Assembly (NCBI GenBank): GCA_963745025.1
Contig: CAVUWD010000013.1
Span: forward strand, 352,001-416,000
DNA: 64,000 nt
Direction of reading: 5' to 3'
Origin: an uncultured delta proteobacterium
GTDB lineage: Bacteria; Desulfobacterota; Binatia; JACPRU01
Shown here piece by piece: positions 51,706-62,161 of the stretch. Below the pieces are notes generated by a model. That model did not search any database. It worked only from the letters and a program-made list of their open reading frames with translations, and had not been told where the DNA came from. Both the position numbers and the translations under genes were made by a program. Positions within the stretch are counted from its first letter, which is position 1. Every line of letters starts with the position of its first letter.

Positions 51706-52476
51706 ATGTCCGACCCCTTTCAGCGCATCGAAGCCCACGTCGTCGCGATTGGCGAGCTGCTCGAGCAAAGTCGCCGCTACCGGCCGCTGGCTGCCGAGGC
51801 GGAGCGGCTATACCTCGCCGCGACGCGGATCGCCGCGGGGGTGCGGCGGGTCAGTCGGACCGCACGCGCCGCCGAGGAAGAAACCGCTCAGCTCGAGCGC
51901 GGGATCGAGTCGGTCGCCGAGGCGGCACGACGAATGGTCGGCGATTTTCTCGCCGGTCCGACCTACCGCGCGATGCTCGCGAGCCTCGACCGCGAAGATC
52001 CCCGCGAGTCGTCGCGGCTCGTCGCGGAAGTCTTCGCCGACGTCGAGCCGACGTCGGCCCGAGGCGTCCTCTACCTCCCGCTGTCCGCCGAGCGCGGGCA
52101 ACGCGTTCTGGATCCCGAGACGGCCGCCGAAGCGGTCGGGCGGATGGCGCGAGAGGGCATCGGGCCGCAGTCGGCCCCCGGGGTGGGCAGCGACGCGAAC
52201 GTGCGTCCGATCCGCCTGTTCGAAGGCGTGACCGGCGTGGATGCGGCGGTGCTCGTGATCGTCTCCGGCGAAGACGTGCAGGCGCCGACCTTTCGTGCGC
52301 CTGAAGTCGGCGAATTGCTCGTCTACGCGCGGCGACTGAACGTACCGTTGTCTGCGGGCCTGCGCGCTGAGAGCCCCGACGACTGGCTGGGCGTCCGCGC
52401 GGGCGGCTACGCGGAATATCGCGAGCGGTGCCGCGAGCTCATCGCGGCGCGAGGCATCTCGATCGTCGACGTGTAG
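51706..52476 (+). CDS. Hypothetical protein
   Basis: 256-aa ORF filling the gap, co-oriented with the upstream operon. Confidence 0.7.
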   Translation: MSDPFQRIEAHVVAIGELLEQSRRYRPLAAEAERLYLAATRIAAGVRRVSRTARAAEEETAQLERGIESVAEAARRMVGDFLAGPTYRAMLASLDREDPRESSRLVAEVFADVEPTSARGVLYLPLSAERGQRVLDPETAAEAVGRMAREGIGPQSAPGVGSDANVRPIRLFEGVTGVDAAVLVIVSGEDVQAPTFRAPEVGELLVYARRLNVPLSAGLRAESPDDWLGVRAGGYAEYRERCRELIAARGISIVDV

Positions 52477-52479
52477 GGC

Positions 52480-52833
52480 CTAGGAGCTGAGGCCCCACTT
52501 CTTCTTGTTCTCGGCGACCTGATCGGCGCTCGGGTGCGGAATCTTCTCAAGCTGCGCGACCTTGAAGTCGGCCATGTTCTCCATGATCGCGTAGTTGAGC
52601 TTGGTATCGTCTTGCCAGCCGGCGGGAACCGCCTCTTCCTCGTAGATCGCCTGCCACGGGCATTCCGGCTCGCAAGCGCCGCAATCGATGCACTCGTCGG
52701 GGTGGATGTACAGCTGATTGGGAAACTTCGCGGTGTCGCTTCCCTGATAGCGGTAGATGCAATCGACGGGGCACACGGCGACGCAGCCTGTGTCTACGCA
52801 ATCCCGGCACAGTCTGGTGATGATGTAAGCCAT
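52480..52833 (-). CDS. Dicluster (7Fe-type) ferredoxin
   Basis: [17 protein letters not shown] and [12 protein letters not shown]. Confidence 0.95.
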   Translation of the reverse strand: MAYIITRLCRDCVDTGCVAVCPVDCIYRYQGSDTAKFPNQLYIHPDECIDCGACEPECPWQAIYEEEAVPAGWQDDTKLNYAIMENMADFKVAQLEKIPHPSADQVAENKKKWGLSS

Positions 52834-52969
52834 CCGGCCTTTCCTCCCGTTCTCAGCAACTTCTCGTCAATCTCGGAATATAGCTTGCCAGCCGCGCCTC
52901 CGCCCGTCGATGACGAGAGGAGGTGCATCTAGCACGTCGGTTTTTCTGGGGGAAGAGTGTCTGAAGATG

Positions 52970-53173
52970 CTAACGCGTCCGCACGTCGAATGCCTGAGGG
53001 CCTTTCTCGCCGGGCCGTACCTGGAACTGCACCTCGTCACCCTCACGTAGGTCTTCGAACTGGGTCTTCGCTCCGAGGCGTGAGCGGTGGAAAAAAACGT
53101 CGTCGCTGCCGTCGTCGGGCTCGATGAAGCCAAACCCCTTGTCCTTGAGAATCTTCTTGATGCGGCCAGTCAT
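52970..53173 (-). CDS. Cold-shock domain protein
   Basis: KGFGFI (RNP1), VFFH (RNP2), KGPQA. Confidence 0.95.
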   Translation of the reverse strand: MTGRIKKILKDKGFGFIEPDDGSDDVFFHRSRLGAKTQFEDLREGDEVQFQVRPGEKGPQAFDVRTR

Positions 53174-53188
53174 CGGGGGCGAGGGATG

Positions 53189-53341
53189 CTACTTCGGCGC
53201 GGTAGGCATTACCGGATTCCAGCGGTCGACGGGCTCGCGGCCCCAGCGATCGAGCATGCCGCCGACGCGCCGGCGCAGCGCCGTCAACGCATAGGTACCG
53301 AGGAGCATTGAGGTGCCGGTGATGAATGCGAGAAGCTTCAC
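53189..53341 (-). CDS. Possible small single-TM protein (50 aa)
   Basis: GAGGGA then GTG; VKLLAFITGTSMLLGTYAL; stop 15 nt before the csp start. Confidence 0.4.
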   Translation of the reverse strand: MKLLAFITGTSMLLGTYALTALRRRVGGMLDRWGREPVDRWNPVMPTAPK

Positions 53342-53490
53342 GAGCGCGTCCCTCTGTAACCCATAGCTTGCCTCCGCCGTTGCCGCAACCGCAAATCGGC
53401 TATCGGCAATTCCGAGCGCGTGGCAAATTGACGGGTTTCGGCGAAGCTCCGGGTCGGCAGCACGACGTTGAAGCGCGGCTTCTGCGTCGC

Positions 53491-53862
53491 TCACCTCCGG
53501 CCGAAGATCTTCTCGTTCTCGCGAGCGTCGCGTGCGACCTCCGCGACCCAGTCGCGCGTGCGCGGCCGTGCGGAGCGGAAGCGCGCGTAGATTTCGCGGG
53601 CCATTTCGATCCGGCTGACGCCTTCGGGCGCCATCATGATGTCGACCTGCGCATCGGCCATCTCGAAGTCGCTGTGCACCATGACGTCGGGGTCCATGCG
53701 GAAGTCGGTGAGCAGCTGACGAATCACGCCGGCGTTCGTGCCGAAGCGCCGAGCCACCTGGTGAATGTTCTGGAAGCGGTATCCGCCGTCTTCGGTAATG
53801 CCGAGGTGGTAGGCGCAGAAGAGACGGAAGGCATCGATGCCGTAGCGCTCGGCGAGACCCAC
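53491..53862 (-). CDS. Hypothetical protein
   Basis: Coding-like 123-aa ORF (FRLFCAYHLGI...); start uncertain. Confidence 0.7.
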   Translation of the reverse strand: MGLAERYGIDAFRLFCAYHLGITEDGGYRFQNIHQVARRFGTNAGVIRQLLTDFRMDPDVMVHSDFEMADAQVDIMMAPEGVSRIEMAREIYARFRSARPRTRDWVAEVARDARENEKIFGRR

Positions 53863-53937
53863 GACGGTCGAGTGTTTCAGAGCGTCTCGCGCGACTCAAC
53901 CGGCGCATTGCGGCGCATTGCGGGGCGCCAACCAGCG

Positions 53938-54507
53938 TCACGTCCAGACCTTGCCGAGGTCGATCTCGAGGCCCGGCAACGTCTTCGAGCGGGCCTTCAC
54001 CGCGCCAGCGAACCGGGCCGCGCGGTGGTACGCGCGCCCGCGGAGCTCGAGGATGTCCAGCGTCCGGGCGTCCGGATCCACGATCCAGTACTCACGGACC
54101 CGGTATCGAGAGTACAGCCTCGCCTTAATGACGCGGTCCTGCTTGCGAGATGACGGTGAAACGATCTCGACCACGAGGTCCGGGGGTCCTTCGATGGCCT
54201 TCTCGGTGATGATCGACTTGCGGTTGCCGCGCACGAACACCAGGTCGGGAACGGTGATCGTGGTGCGGGCGAGAATCAAATCGACCGGCGCGTCGAAAAG
54301 TTCCCCGAGCTTGTTCTCGAGGACGTGATGGTCGAGGATGCGCTGCAGGTTTCGCGACACCGCCTGATGGCGGATGAGCGGCGACGGCGTCACGCAGAGC
54401 TCTCCGTCGAGGATCTCGTAACGGCGGCCGTCGTCGAGCGGCAGCGCGACATACTCGTCGTAGGTGAGCTTGAGCGCTTTCGGCAGCGCTCGATGCGAAA
54501 CAGGCAT
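53938..54507 (-). CDS. Uma2 family endonuclease-fold protein
   Basis: RYEILDG, VPDL, PDLVVEIVSPS, EYWIVDP. Confidence 0.93.
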   Translation of the reverse strand: MPVSHRALPKALKLTYDEYVALPLDDGRRYEILDGELCVTPSPLIRHQAVSRNLQRILDHHVLENKLGELFDAPVDLILARTTITVPDLVFVRGNRKSIITEKAIEGPPDLVVEIVSPSSRKQDRVIKARLYSRYRVREYWIVDPDARTLDILELRGRAYHRAARFAGAVKARSKTLPGLEIDLGKVWT

Positions 54508-54547
54508 GGACGGCGAGCGTAGCACTCGTCCGGTGAAGCGGAAAGTT

Positions 54548-55048
54548 TCAGCCCCGCCGATCCGTGATCAGGCTCCAGAAGAACGTCTCGAGCGTGCCGA
54601 GGTCGCGAAGCGAGGCGGGACCGAGCTCCGGCTCCGTGGTGATCCAGAGGCCTCTCGCGGGATCGGCGACGAGGATCGATTCGAGAACGGCCGGCGCGCT
54701 TCCCCCGTCACGCAGAACGAAGATGCGGGCGAGCGGAGTGCTCGCCCCGAAGAGCTCCCCGAGCGCCGTCTCCTCCGGGCCCGGCGGCGCACAGCGGAGC
54801 GGGCATTCGACGCGCAGACGCGCGCGGCCGATCACCAGCTCGCCGATTTCTCGGTCGCCGTCACCGTCGAGGCGTCGCACCGCGAGAACCGCGTCGCGGA
54901 GGTGGCTCGCGAGGACGTTGCGGGTCGCGGCAACCAGCTGCTCGATCTCCGGCCAGACGCAGTCCCACACGCCGCGTGCGGCGAGAGCCGCGAGGTGCTC
55001 TTTTGCGTTTGCGCCTCCGACCCTGTGCATGAGCAACCGCACACGCAA
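54548..55048 (-). CDS. Hypothetical protein
   Basis: 166-aa ORF co-oriented with its neighbours; no motif recognised. Confidence 0.5.
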   Translation of the reverse strand: MRVRLLMHRVGGANAKEHLAALAARGVWDCVWPEIEQLVAATRNVLASHLRDAVLAVRRLDGDGDREIGELVIGRARLRVECPLRCAPPGPEETALGELFGASTPLARIFVLRDGGSAPAVLESILVADPARGLWITTEPELGPASLRDLGTLETFFWSLITDRRG

Positions 55049-55134
55049 GTCGCGTGCCGCGGTCGTCCGACGATGGTTTCGCGGAGCGCGTACGGTCCGC
55101 CGGTATCAGCAGCGAAACGCTGAAACGAAGGGTT

Positions 55135-55917
55135 TCAGCGCGTGGCAACGATCGCCGCGAAGAAGCTTTCGATCGCGGTGATCACCGCGTTGGCCTCGAC
55201 GTCCTCGGTCACGATGTGGCCGCTCAGCGGGAAACGGATGCGCGACTTGATCGACGAGCCGAGTGCCGATTCGATCGCCGCCCCGGCCTTCTGCGATACG
55301 GTATCGTCGAGACCGCCCTCGATGATGAGCGCCGGTGCGGTGATGTCGGGAAGCTCGGCGCGTACCCGGCGTTGCAGCGCGACCATCGAGGCGAGCGAGC
55401 GAAGCGGAATCTCGTCGTAGGCGGGAGTCAATCGTCCGACCCCTGGCAGCTTCGAGCTGCGCTTCGGGACGATGGTGAACCGGCGGGGAAGCGGCGGAAG
55501 CCGGCGTACCCAGAGCGCGATCTCGGCACTCCGCTGGCTGGCGAGCTCGAGCGCCGGGGCGAGGGCCGCCACGGCGCAGACCTCGTGGGGTCGCGCGTGG
55601 GCGAGATGGAGCCCGAGCAGCGCACCCATCGACAAGCCGGCGACGACGCGCGCCGACGTCTTCGCACCGAGCTCTTCCCAACTCGCCAATGCGGTCGCGT
55701 ACCAGTCCTTCCAACTCGTGTGGACGAGATCCTCGACGCGGGTACCGTGCCCTGGCAAGAGCGGCGCGCGCACTGCGTAGCCGCGCTTGGCCAGCCGCTC
55801 GCCGAGCGGGCGCATCTCGGAAGGCGTGCCGGTGAAGCCGTGAAGGAGGAGGCAGCCGACCGGGCCACCCTCGAAGGCGAATGCCCGTACGCGCTCGTCG
55901 CCGGAGAGGTCGATCAT
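55135..55917 (-). CDS. Carboxylesterase/lipase (alpha/beta hydrolase)
   Basis: LLHGFTG, LPGHGT, GLSMG, D and SGH triad residues. Confidence 0.92.
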   Translation of the reverse strand: MIDLSGDERVRAFAFEGGPVGCLLLHGFTGTPSEMRPLGERLAKRGYAVRAPLLPGHGTRVEDLVHTSWKDWYATALASWEELGAKTSARVVAGLSMGALLGLHLAHARPHEVCAVAALAPALELASQRSAEIALWVRRLPPLPRRFTIVPKRSSKLPGVGRLTPAYDEIPLRSLASMVALQRRVRAELPDITAPALIIEGGLDDTVSQKAGAAIESALGSSIKSRIRFPLSGHIVTEDVEANAVITAIESFFAAIVATR

Positions 55918-55925
55918 GGAAGAAC

Positions 55926-55992
55926 GGCTACCGGCCAACGGCTACCGGCCACCGGCAAAGACTTCACGGATCCTTTCCTGTAGCCCGTAGCC
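55926..55992. repeat. Heptamer-arm palindromic element, copy I
   Basis: GGCTACC GGCCAAC GGCTACC GGCCACC GGCAAAGACT...CCTTTCC TGTAGCC CGTAGCC. Confidence 0.88.
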
Positions 55993-55997
55993 CTTCT

Positions 55998-57908
55998 TCA
56001 GATCGACGCCATCGCCGCCGAATTGATCTGGATCTTGGCGCGCCGCTTGAGCTGGTTCAGGAGGGCTTCCATGGCGGCTTGTCGCTGACCATCGACGTGC
56101 CGCTTCACGAGCTCCGCCTTCTTCCTTTCGAATTCGTCCATGTCTGCCGGCTCGTGCTCCTTCAGCACGACCACGTAGGCGTCTTCGCCGACGACGTACG
56201 CTTGCCCGCTCACCGGGTTCTCCTTGGTGAGCGCGAATGCTTCCTTCTTCAGCTCGGGCGCCGAGCCGATCCTCGGCACATAATCGCCGAGCCGGGTGAA
56301 GGGGCCGGTCTCCTCGACGGTGAGCTTCTCGGCAGCGGCGACGTCGTCGAGCGCCTTCTTCTCCAAGATCACCTTGCGCAGCGCCTCCGCGCGGTCGCGT
56401 GCTTTGGCGGTCGCCTGCTCGGCACGGATCGCGCCCGCGACTTTTTCGTGGATCTCCTTGAGCTCCGGCACGTGGGTAGGGATCTTTTCTCGGACGCGGA
56501 AGAGGATCAGCGAATCGCCGATCTGCACGACCGGCCCGACCTGTCCCGGGGCTGTCGTGAAGGCCGACTTGACGAGCTCGGAGGCCCGCGACAGGCCGGA
56601 GATCTCCTCATTCTGCGCAAACGGTGGCGGGCTCTCGACCTGCAGCCCGCGGGCCTTGGCGAGCTCGGCGAGAGACGTACCACCGTTCGCCTTCTCGGAG
56701 TCTACGAACGCGGCATCCCGCGCCGCCACGCGTGCGCGATCCGCGCGCAGGCTCTCGACGATCTCGTCCCGCACTTCGGCGAGAGGCTTTTCGCGAGCGG
56801 CCTTGCGTTCGTCGACTTTGATGATGTGCAGCCCGTGGCTCGTCTCGACCACGCCGGACAGCTCTCCCGCTTGCAGCCCGAAGGCCGCGTTCTCGAATGG
56901 CTCTTCGGTGTGGCCGCGGCGGATGAATCCGAGGTCGCCGCCCTTGTCCTTGTTTGCCTCGTCCTCGGAGACCTCCTTTGCCACGGCGGCGAAGTCCTCG
57001 CCCTTCTTCAGGCGCTCGAGCATCACGGCCGCATGCGCGCGGATCTCCGCGCGCTTCGCTTCGTCGGTATCCGGCGGCACGCTGAACAGGATGTGGCGAG
57101 CGTGAACCTCTTCGGGCTCGCCGTAGCGCTCGGTCTTGTACGTGTTGTACTCCAGCTCGATGTCGGCGTCGCTGACGGTGGCGTCCTTCTCGAAGTCCTT
57201 CGCGTCGTAGCTGACGGTGTCGATCGCCACGCGGTCCGGCTCGCGGAACGCCTCACGATGCTCTTCGTAGTACTTGGAGACGTCAACATCGCTTGGCGTG
57301 ATCTCCTTGACGAGATCGGAACCCTTCACGCGCACGAACGCCAGGTTCACCTTCTCGTTCTCGAACGCGTAGACCTCGCGTGCCCCCACGTCGTCGGCGC
57401 GGATCGAACTCGTCACCAGCTCCTGGACCTTCTGCGTGAGCAAGCGGTCGCGCTGCTCCGACTCGAAGTCGGTCGGGGTGACGCCCTGCATGCGCAGGTA
57501 GCGAAAATAGGCCTCGCGTTGAAAGCGGCCGTCGACGTTGAGCCCCTGTATGCCCTCGATCGCGGCGCGCACTTCCTCGTCGGTGACCGAAAAGCCGAGG
57601 CGCTGCGCCTCCTGCTTGAGCAGCGCCGTGTTGACCATCTGCTCTAGCGCCCGATTCTTGAAATCCAGAGCCTTCATCAGCTCGGGCGTGAGGTTCTCGC
57701 CGTAGAGCTGGCGATAGAAGAGTTCGAGCTGCTGGGCGGCGCGACGGACTTCCTTCGGCTGGATCGCCTCGCCATTGACCGACGCAGCGTAAAGCGAGTC
57801 GCTGCCGGTGAAGGTGCCGACACCCCACAGGACGAAGACCGCGATGATGATCCAGAACAGTATCTTGACCGTCGTCCCCTGAGCGTGACGACGCATGTAG
57901 TTGAGCAT
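55998..57908 (-). CDS. ppiD: Membrane-anchored periplasmic chaperone/PPIase PpiD
   Basis: MLNYMR + TM, SurA-N-like domain, ARHILF...GGDLG parvulin domain; 636 aa. Confidence 0.9.
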   Translation of the reverse strand: MLNYMRRHAQGTTVKILFWIIIAVFVLWGVGTFTGSDSLYAASVNGEAIQPKEVRRAAQQLELFYRQLYGENLTPELMKALDFKNRALEQMVNTALLKQEAQRLGFSVTDEEVRAAIEGIQGLNVDGRFQREAYFRYLRMQGVTPTDFESEQRDRLLTQKVQELVTSSIRADDVGAREVYAFENEKVNLAFVRVKGSDLVKEITPSDVDVSKYYEEHREAFREPDRVAIDTVSYDAKDFEKDATVSDADIELEYNTYKTERYGEPEEVHARHILFSVPPDTDEAKRAEIRAHAAVMLERLKKGEDFAAVAKEVSEDEANKDKGGDLGFIRRGHTEEPFENAAFGLQAGELSGVVETSHGLHIIKVDERKAAREKPLAEVRDEIVESLRADRARVAARDAAFVDSEKANGGTSLAELAKARGLQVESPPPFAQNEEISGLSRASELVKSAFTTAPGQVGPVVQIGDSLILFRVREKIPTHVPELKEIHEKVAGAIRAEQATAKARDRAEALRKVILEKKALDDVAAAEKLTVEETGPFTRLGDYVPRIGSAPELKKEAFALTKENPVSGQAYVVGEDAYVVVLKEHEPADMDEFERKKAELVKRHVDGQRQAAMEALLNQLKRRAKIQINSAAMASI

Positions 57909-57929
57909 GGGTGGTTCCTCGGAGAAAAC

Positions 57930-57995
57930 GGCTACCGGCTTCGGGCTACCGGAAGGGCTCAAGAAGTCTCTTGCGGTAGCCGGTAGTCGGTAGCC
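57930..57995. repeat. Heptamer-arm palindromic element, copy J
   Basis: GGCTACC GGCTTCG GGCTACC GGAAGG...CTCTTGC GGTAGCC GGTAGTC GGTAGCC. Confidence 0.88.
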
Positions 57996-58049
57996 GATGA
58001 CCTATTGAAGCTATTGAAGCGCCGTGGGAAAAGCAAATTCGCCAGCTCT

Positions 58050-58325
58050 ATGCGCGATCTCATCGAAGTCTTCGTCCGTCTCCGCCCCGAAGACATCGCC
58101 TACCTGAAGTTCATCTTCGAATCGTACGAGATGGTTGGCTTCCTCCGTACGGTCGATCCCAAAGCGGCGACGCTCGTCGTCTTCCTCGTCCCCGATTTCG
58201 CGGAGGTAGGTCTCAGGATCCTCGATTCCGTTTCCCGCGAGATCCAGATCGAGCGAATCGACTGCCCGGCGGATCTCGGCGATGACTGGCTCGTAGGCGT
58301 CGTCGCCCGCGCAGTGGGCGACTGA
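58050..58325 (+). CDS. DUF4911-like protein
   Basis: DIAYLKFIFESYE...RTVD motif. Confidence 0.75.
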   Translation: MRDLIEVFVRLRPEDIAYLKFIFESYEMVGFLRTVDPKAATLVVFLVPDFAEVGLRILDSVSREIQIERIDCPADLGDDWLVGVVARAVGD

Positions 58326-58472
58326 TCCGCGAGCGATGTGATCCAATTGCGATCTGCGCTCTCACCCCGCTGAGCCCCCGTCATCGCGGGAGGTGCTCGA
58401 TCCTCAGCCCCACCGCCGTGTTGGCCCTCGACGTCCCCTACCAGCGGGCCCACTGAGCCGGCATCCCGACGC

Positions 58473-59246
58473 TCAACCCCCTGCGCTCGGCCGCTCGTCA
58501 GCGGGCGAGTCGGTAGCTCCCCGCGCAGGCCTGCCGAACGCGTAGGCGACGCCGATGCTCGCGACGTAGAGCACGAGCAGCGGAGTGGCCATCAGCATCT
58601 GCGAGGCGACGTCGGGTCCCGGGGTCAACACGGCCGCAACGATGAAGATGCCGACCATGGAATAGCGCCACGCGCCGATCATCATCTTGTGGTTCACGAT
58701 GCCGGTTCGCGCGAGAAAGAATGTGAACACCGGCAGCTCGAACACCACGCCGAACGCGAGCAGCATGCGCGAGGCGAACGAGAGATATTCGCTGACCTTG
58801 AGAAACGGCTCGATCGAAACGCTCGCGTACTCGTCGATGAAGAAGCCAAATGCGGTCGGGAAGACGAAGCGGTAGCAGAAATACGCGCCGGACACGAAGA
58901 AGAACGTGCCGAAGAACACGAACGGCTTCACGTAACGCTTCTCGTGATCGTAGAGCCCCGGCGCGACGAACTTCCAGATCTGGTAGAAGATCACCGGGCT
59001 CGCGAGAAAGATGCCGGCGAAGAACGCCACTTTGAGCTTGGTGAAGAAGGCTTCGGCGACCCCCGTGCCGATGACCTGCACCTTCTCGGGGTCGAACTGC
59101 TTGATTGGCGCGATCAGCCACCGCATGAGCGGCTCAACCACCTGGTAGCAGGCCACGAAGGCCACGCCGACCGCGACGAGCATTTTGATCAGCCGGCTGC
59201 GCAGCTCCTCGAGATGCGCGGTCAGCGGCAGCTTGACGTCTTCCAT
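58473..59246 (-). CDS. tatC: Twin-arginine translocase subunit TatC
   Basis: HLEELRSRL, YQIWKFVAPGLY, FGVVFELP, AVLTPGPD. Confidence 0.97.
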   Translation of the reverse strand: MEDVKLPLTAHLEELRSRLIKMLVAVGVAFVACYQVVEPLMRWLIAPIKQFDPEKVQVIGTGVAEAFFTKLKVAFFAGIFLASPVIFYQIWKFVAPGLYDHEKRYVKPFVFFGTFFFVSGAYFCYRFVFPTAFGFFIDEYASVSIEPFLKVSEYLSFASRMLLAFGVVFELPVFTFFLARTGIVNHKMMIGAWRYSMVGIFIVAAVLTPGPDVASQMLMATPLLVLYVASIGVAYAFGRPARGATDSPADERPSAGG

Positions 59247-59288
59247 CGGAGCGCGCGCGGTGCGGGCGGAAGGCGCCTGGGATTCAGG

Positions 59289-59603
59289 CTAGCTCGCGGC
59301 CGACGGCGGTGTGCCCGCGTCCGGCAGTGCACCGGACCGAGGCTCTGCCCCGGCTGTTGCCTTCGGCTCCGCACCCGTGGCTGCCGCGATCCGGTTCGGC
59401 GTCGGCTCGGAGGCCTTGCGTGCCTCGTCCTCGAGCATCGCCCTGGCGTTCTCGAGCTCCTGGCTGATGCCGGAGGTCGCCTTGCGGAACTCCGCCATGG
59501 CCTTGCCGAGCGCTCGGGCGATCTCCGGAAGCCGCTGAGGGCCGAGCACGATCAGAGCCACGGCCAGAATCACGACCAGCTCCGGCATGCCGATGTTGAA
59601 CAT
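59289..59603 (-). CDS. tatB: Twin-arginine translocase TatB/TatA subunit
   Basis: [26 protein letters not shown]; directly upstream of tatC. Confidence 0.85.
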   Translation of the reverse strand: MFNIGMPELVVILAVALIVLGPQRLPEIARALGKAMAEFRKATSGISQELENARAMLEDEARKASEPTPNRIAAATGAEPKATAGAEPRSGALPDAGTPPSAAS

Positions 59604-59706
59604 CGACATCGAACGCTAATGGAATCGATCGAGCGAGTCAAAGGTGCGCCGACGGTGAATTCCAGGGTTTGCCTCCTCGGTCAGCGGTCGCTATAGAGAC
59701 GTTTCT

Positions 59707-60690
59707 GTGAAATCCAAGACGGCCCCCGTTTTCTCCGCTAGGTTCGGGGTTTCGCGGAGTCGGGTCGCGCCTCCCGAGACGCCGCATGAGGGGAGGCTTC
59801 CCCGCTTGCGGGCCGCACTCCGATTCGACGGCCTGTGGTGGCGGAAGCTCGCGTGGCTCGGCTGCGTGTACGGTCCCGAGTGGTGGAGGCGCGGGTCGCC
59901 GCCGGTGATCGCGTTCATCGTCTTTCTGCTCGTCGGGCAGAATCGGCGGGGCGCGATCGAGAATCAGGCGCGAGCGCGCGTGGAGCGTCGGCGATGGCGC
60001 GCCGCGCTAGCCGCCTACCGCATGTTCGCGACCTTCGCGCGCTGCTTTACCGAGACCACGGAATTCTACGGGCCGCGGCCGCGGCGTGTCCGGATCGACG
60101 AGCCCGAACGGAACTACGTAGCCGAGGCGCTCGAGCGGGGTCGGGGGGTGATTCTCGCGACCGCACACGTCGGCAACTGGGACATCTCGGGCCGCGCGCT
60201 GCACGCAACCGGCCACCCCGTCAACCTCGTCATGGGCCGTGAGCCGAACGAAACGACCCAGGAGTACGCGCGGCGAAACCGCGAGCAGACCGGTATGCGC
60301 GTGATCTATGCCGATAGCTCCGTCTTCTCCGCCTTCAACATGATCCGGGCGCTTCGCCGAAACGAGATCCTGGCGATCCAGATCGACCGCGGCAACGGCG
60401 CGCCCGACTCGGCGAAGCCGATCGAGTTCTTCGGTGCCCCCGCTTTGTTCCAGGAGGGGCCGTTTCACCTCGCGCGGCTGTCCGGCGCGCCCGTCGTGCC
60501 GGTGTTTACGCTGCGCCGCGGGCTCCGCCACTATCAGGTCTTGCTCGGCGAGCCGCGCTGGGTCTCGCGCGAAATTTCCGACGACACCGAACGGGCTCTC
60601 CGCGAGACCGTGGCGTTCTTGGAGGCCACGATCCGCGAGCATCCAGAGCAGTGGTTCCAGTTCGCGCCTTTCTGGCCGCCGGCGCGATGA
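59707..60690 (+). CDS. Lipid A lauroyl/PIM-type (LpxL-like) acyltransferase
   Basis: TAHVGNWD (HxxxxD), IDR, FFG, HPEQWF; start uncertain. Confidence 0.88.
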   Translation: MKSKTAPVFSARFGVSRSRVAPPETPHEGRLPRLRAALRFDGLWWRKLAWLGCVYGPEWWRRGSPPVIAFIVFLLVGQNRRGAIENQARARVERRRWRAALAAYRMFATFARCFTETTEFYGPRPRRVRIDEPERNYVAEALERGRGVILATAHVGNWDISGRALHATGHPVNLVMGREPNETTQEYARRNREQTGMRVIYADSSVFSAFNMIRALRRNEILAIQIDRGNGAPDSAKPIEFFGAPALFQEGPFHLARLSGAPVVPVFTLRRGLRHYQVLLGEPRWVSREISDDTERALRETVAFLEATIREHPEQWFQFAPFWPPAR

Positions 60691-62039
60691 AGATCTACCT
60701 GATCTCGCCGAGTCACTACAATCCCGACGGCTCGATCCACAGGACGACGCGCTACTGGACGAGCGGCACGACGCTGCCGTACCTGAAGCGGCTCACACCG
60801 CCGGAGCACGAAGTGGCGATGGTCGACGAGCTCTTCTACGACGTCGACCTCGATTCCGACGCAGACGTCGTCGGGCTTACGGCGATGGGTCCGCAGATCG
60901 CCCGTGCCTATGATCTGGCCGATCACTTTCGGGCACGCGGAAAGAAGGTCGTGCTCGGCGGTACGTGGGTGACGCTCACGGCCGAAGAGTCGCGCAGGCA
61001 CGCCGACGCCGTCGTTGCCGGCGAGGCCGAGCTCGTCTGGTCGACCGTGCTCGCCGATCTCGCGGCCGGCGGCTCGCAGGGCATCTACCGCGCAGCCGAG
61101 TGGCACTCGCTGCGCGACCTGCCGGCGATCGATTATCGGGAGCTGCCGCTGCTCAAGTGGGAGGCGTTCCAGAAGAGCCGGCTCTACCGCATGTATTTTC
61201 ACTGGCCGATCGTGTTCTCGCGCGGCTGCCCTCACCCCTGCGAGTACTGCGCGGTGCAGACGTACTACCGCCGGAGCTACCGCACCCGGCCGATGGACGA
61301 CGTGCTCGCCGACATCGAGCAAATCCGCAGCCTGGGCGGCGATCGCCTGCTGTTCTTGGACGACAATCCGATCGCGCGAGCCGAGGATGCCAAGCAGCTC
61401 TTCCGGGCGATGATTCCCTACAAGATGAAGTGGGCGAGCCAGTCGACGATCAACATCGCGCGCGACGACGAGCTTCTCGACCTCGCCGCCCGCTCCGGCT
61501 GCGTGAGCCTTTCGATCGGGCTCGAGAGCGTGAACGAGGAGAGCCTCGAGGGCGTGGGGAAGGGGTTCAACTCGCCGAAGCGCTTCAGCCGCGATCTGAA
61601 GGCGATCCGCGACACAGGGATCCAAGTGATCGCGCTCATCATGGTCGGGCTCGACGGCGACGACGTTGGCACGTTCGGCCGCACGCTGGAATTTCTGATC
61701 GACAACAAGATCGCGTTTCTGAAAATGTTCACGCCGTGCCCGTACCCTGGCACGAAATACCACGCCGACTTGAAAGCGGCGGGCCGGATCCTGACCGACG
61801 ACCTCCGCCGCTACGATTACGGTAGCCCGATCATCTCGCCGCTCCACATGACGGCGAGTCAGATGATGGACGGCTTCAAAGACGTCTATTCGAGGTTCTA
61901 TTCGCTCGGGGCGATTGCTCGCCGGCTGCTGCCGCCGCCGCGGGGCAATTGGCTCGAGACCGCGGCCTACGCGGTCGCCAACGTCAAGGTGAACCGCTTC
62001 TTGCGCCGCAACCCCGAGGCATGGGGGACGATCAGCTGA
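60687..62039 (+). CDS. Cobalamin-binding radical SAM protein
   Basis: N-terminal B12-binding-like domain (VVLGG, GEAE); SRGCPHPCEYC; FLDDN, GLES, PYPGT. Confidence 0.93.
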   Translation: MKIYLISPSHYNPDGSIHRTTRYWTSGTTLPYLKRLTPPEHEVAMVDELFYDVDLDSDADVVGLTAMGPQIARAYDLADHFRARGKKVVLGGTWVTLTAEESRRHADAVVAGEAELVWSTVLADLAAGGSQGIYRAAEWHSLRDLPAIDYRELPLLKWEAFQKSRLYRMYFHWPIVFSRGCPHPCEYCAVQTYYRRSYRTRPMDDVLADIEQIRSLGGDRLLFLDDNPIARAEDAKQLFRAMIPYKMKWASQSTINIARDDELLDLAARSGCVSLSIGLESVNEESLEGVGKGFNSPKRFSRDLKAIRDTGIQVIALIMVGLDGDDVGTFGRTLEFLIDNKIAFLKMFTPCPYPGTKYHADLKAAGRILTDDLRRYDYGSPIISPLHMTASQMMDGFKDVYSRFYSLGAIARRLLPPPRGNWLETAAYAVANVKVNRFLRRNPEAWGTIS

Positions 62040-62161
62040 ACGAATCGCTTCGGGCTACGGGCGCCGATCGCCACGGCGCCCCGCGACGCGATTTGCCGCG
62101 TGATTGACAATCTGCGGCGCGCGCGGGAGGTATCGGTCGTCCCGATCCGACCGCCCCACCC

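Noticed and set aside
53938-54507. Uma2 protein as a defence system
   Set aside because: Solitary Uma2 genes are common and no partner defence genes are adjacent
58326-58472. ncRNA (SRP or 6S) between the DUF4911 gene and tatC
   Set aside because: Only short GC-rich stems; no SRP or other diagnostic motif recognised
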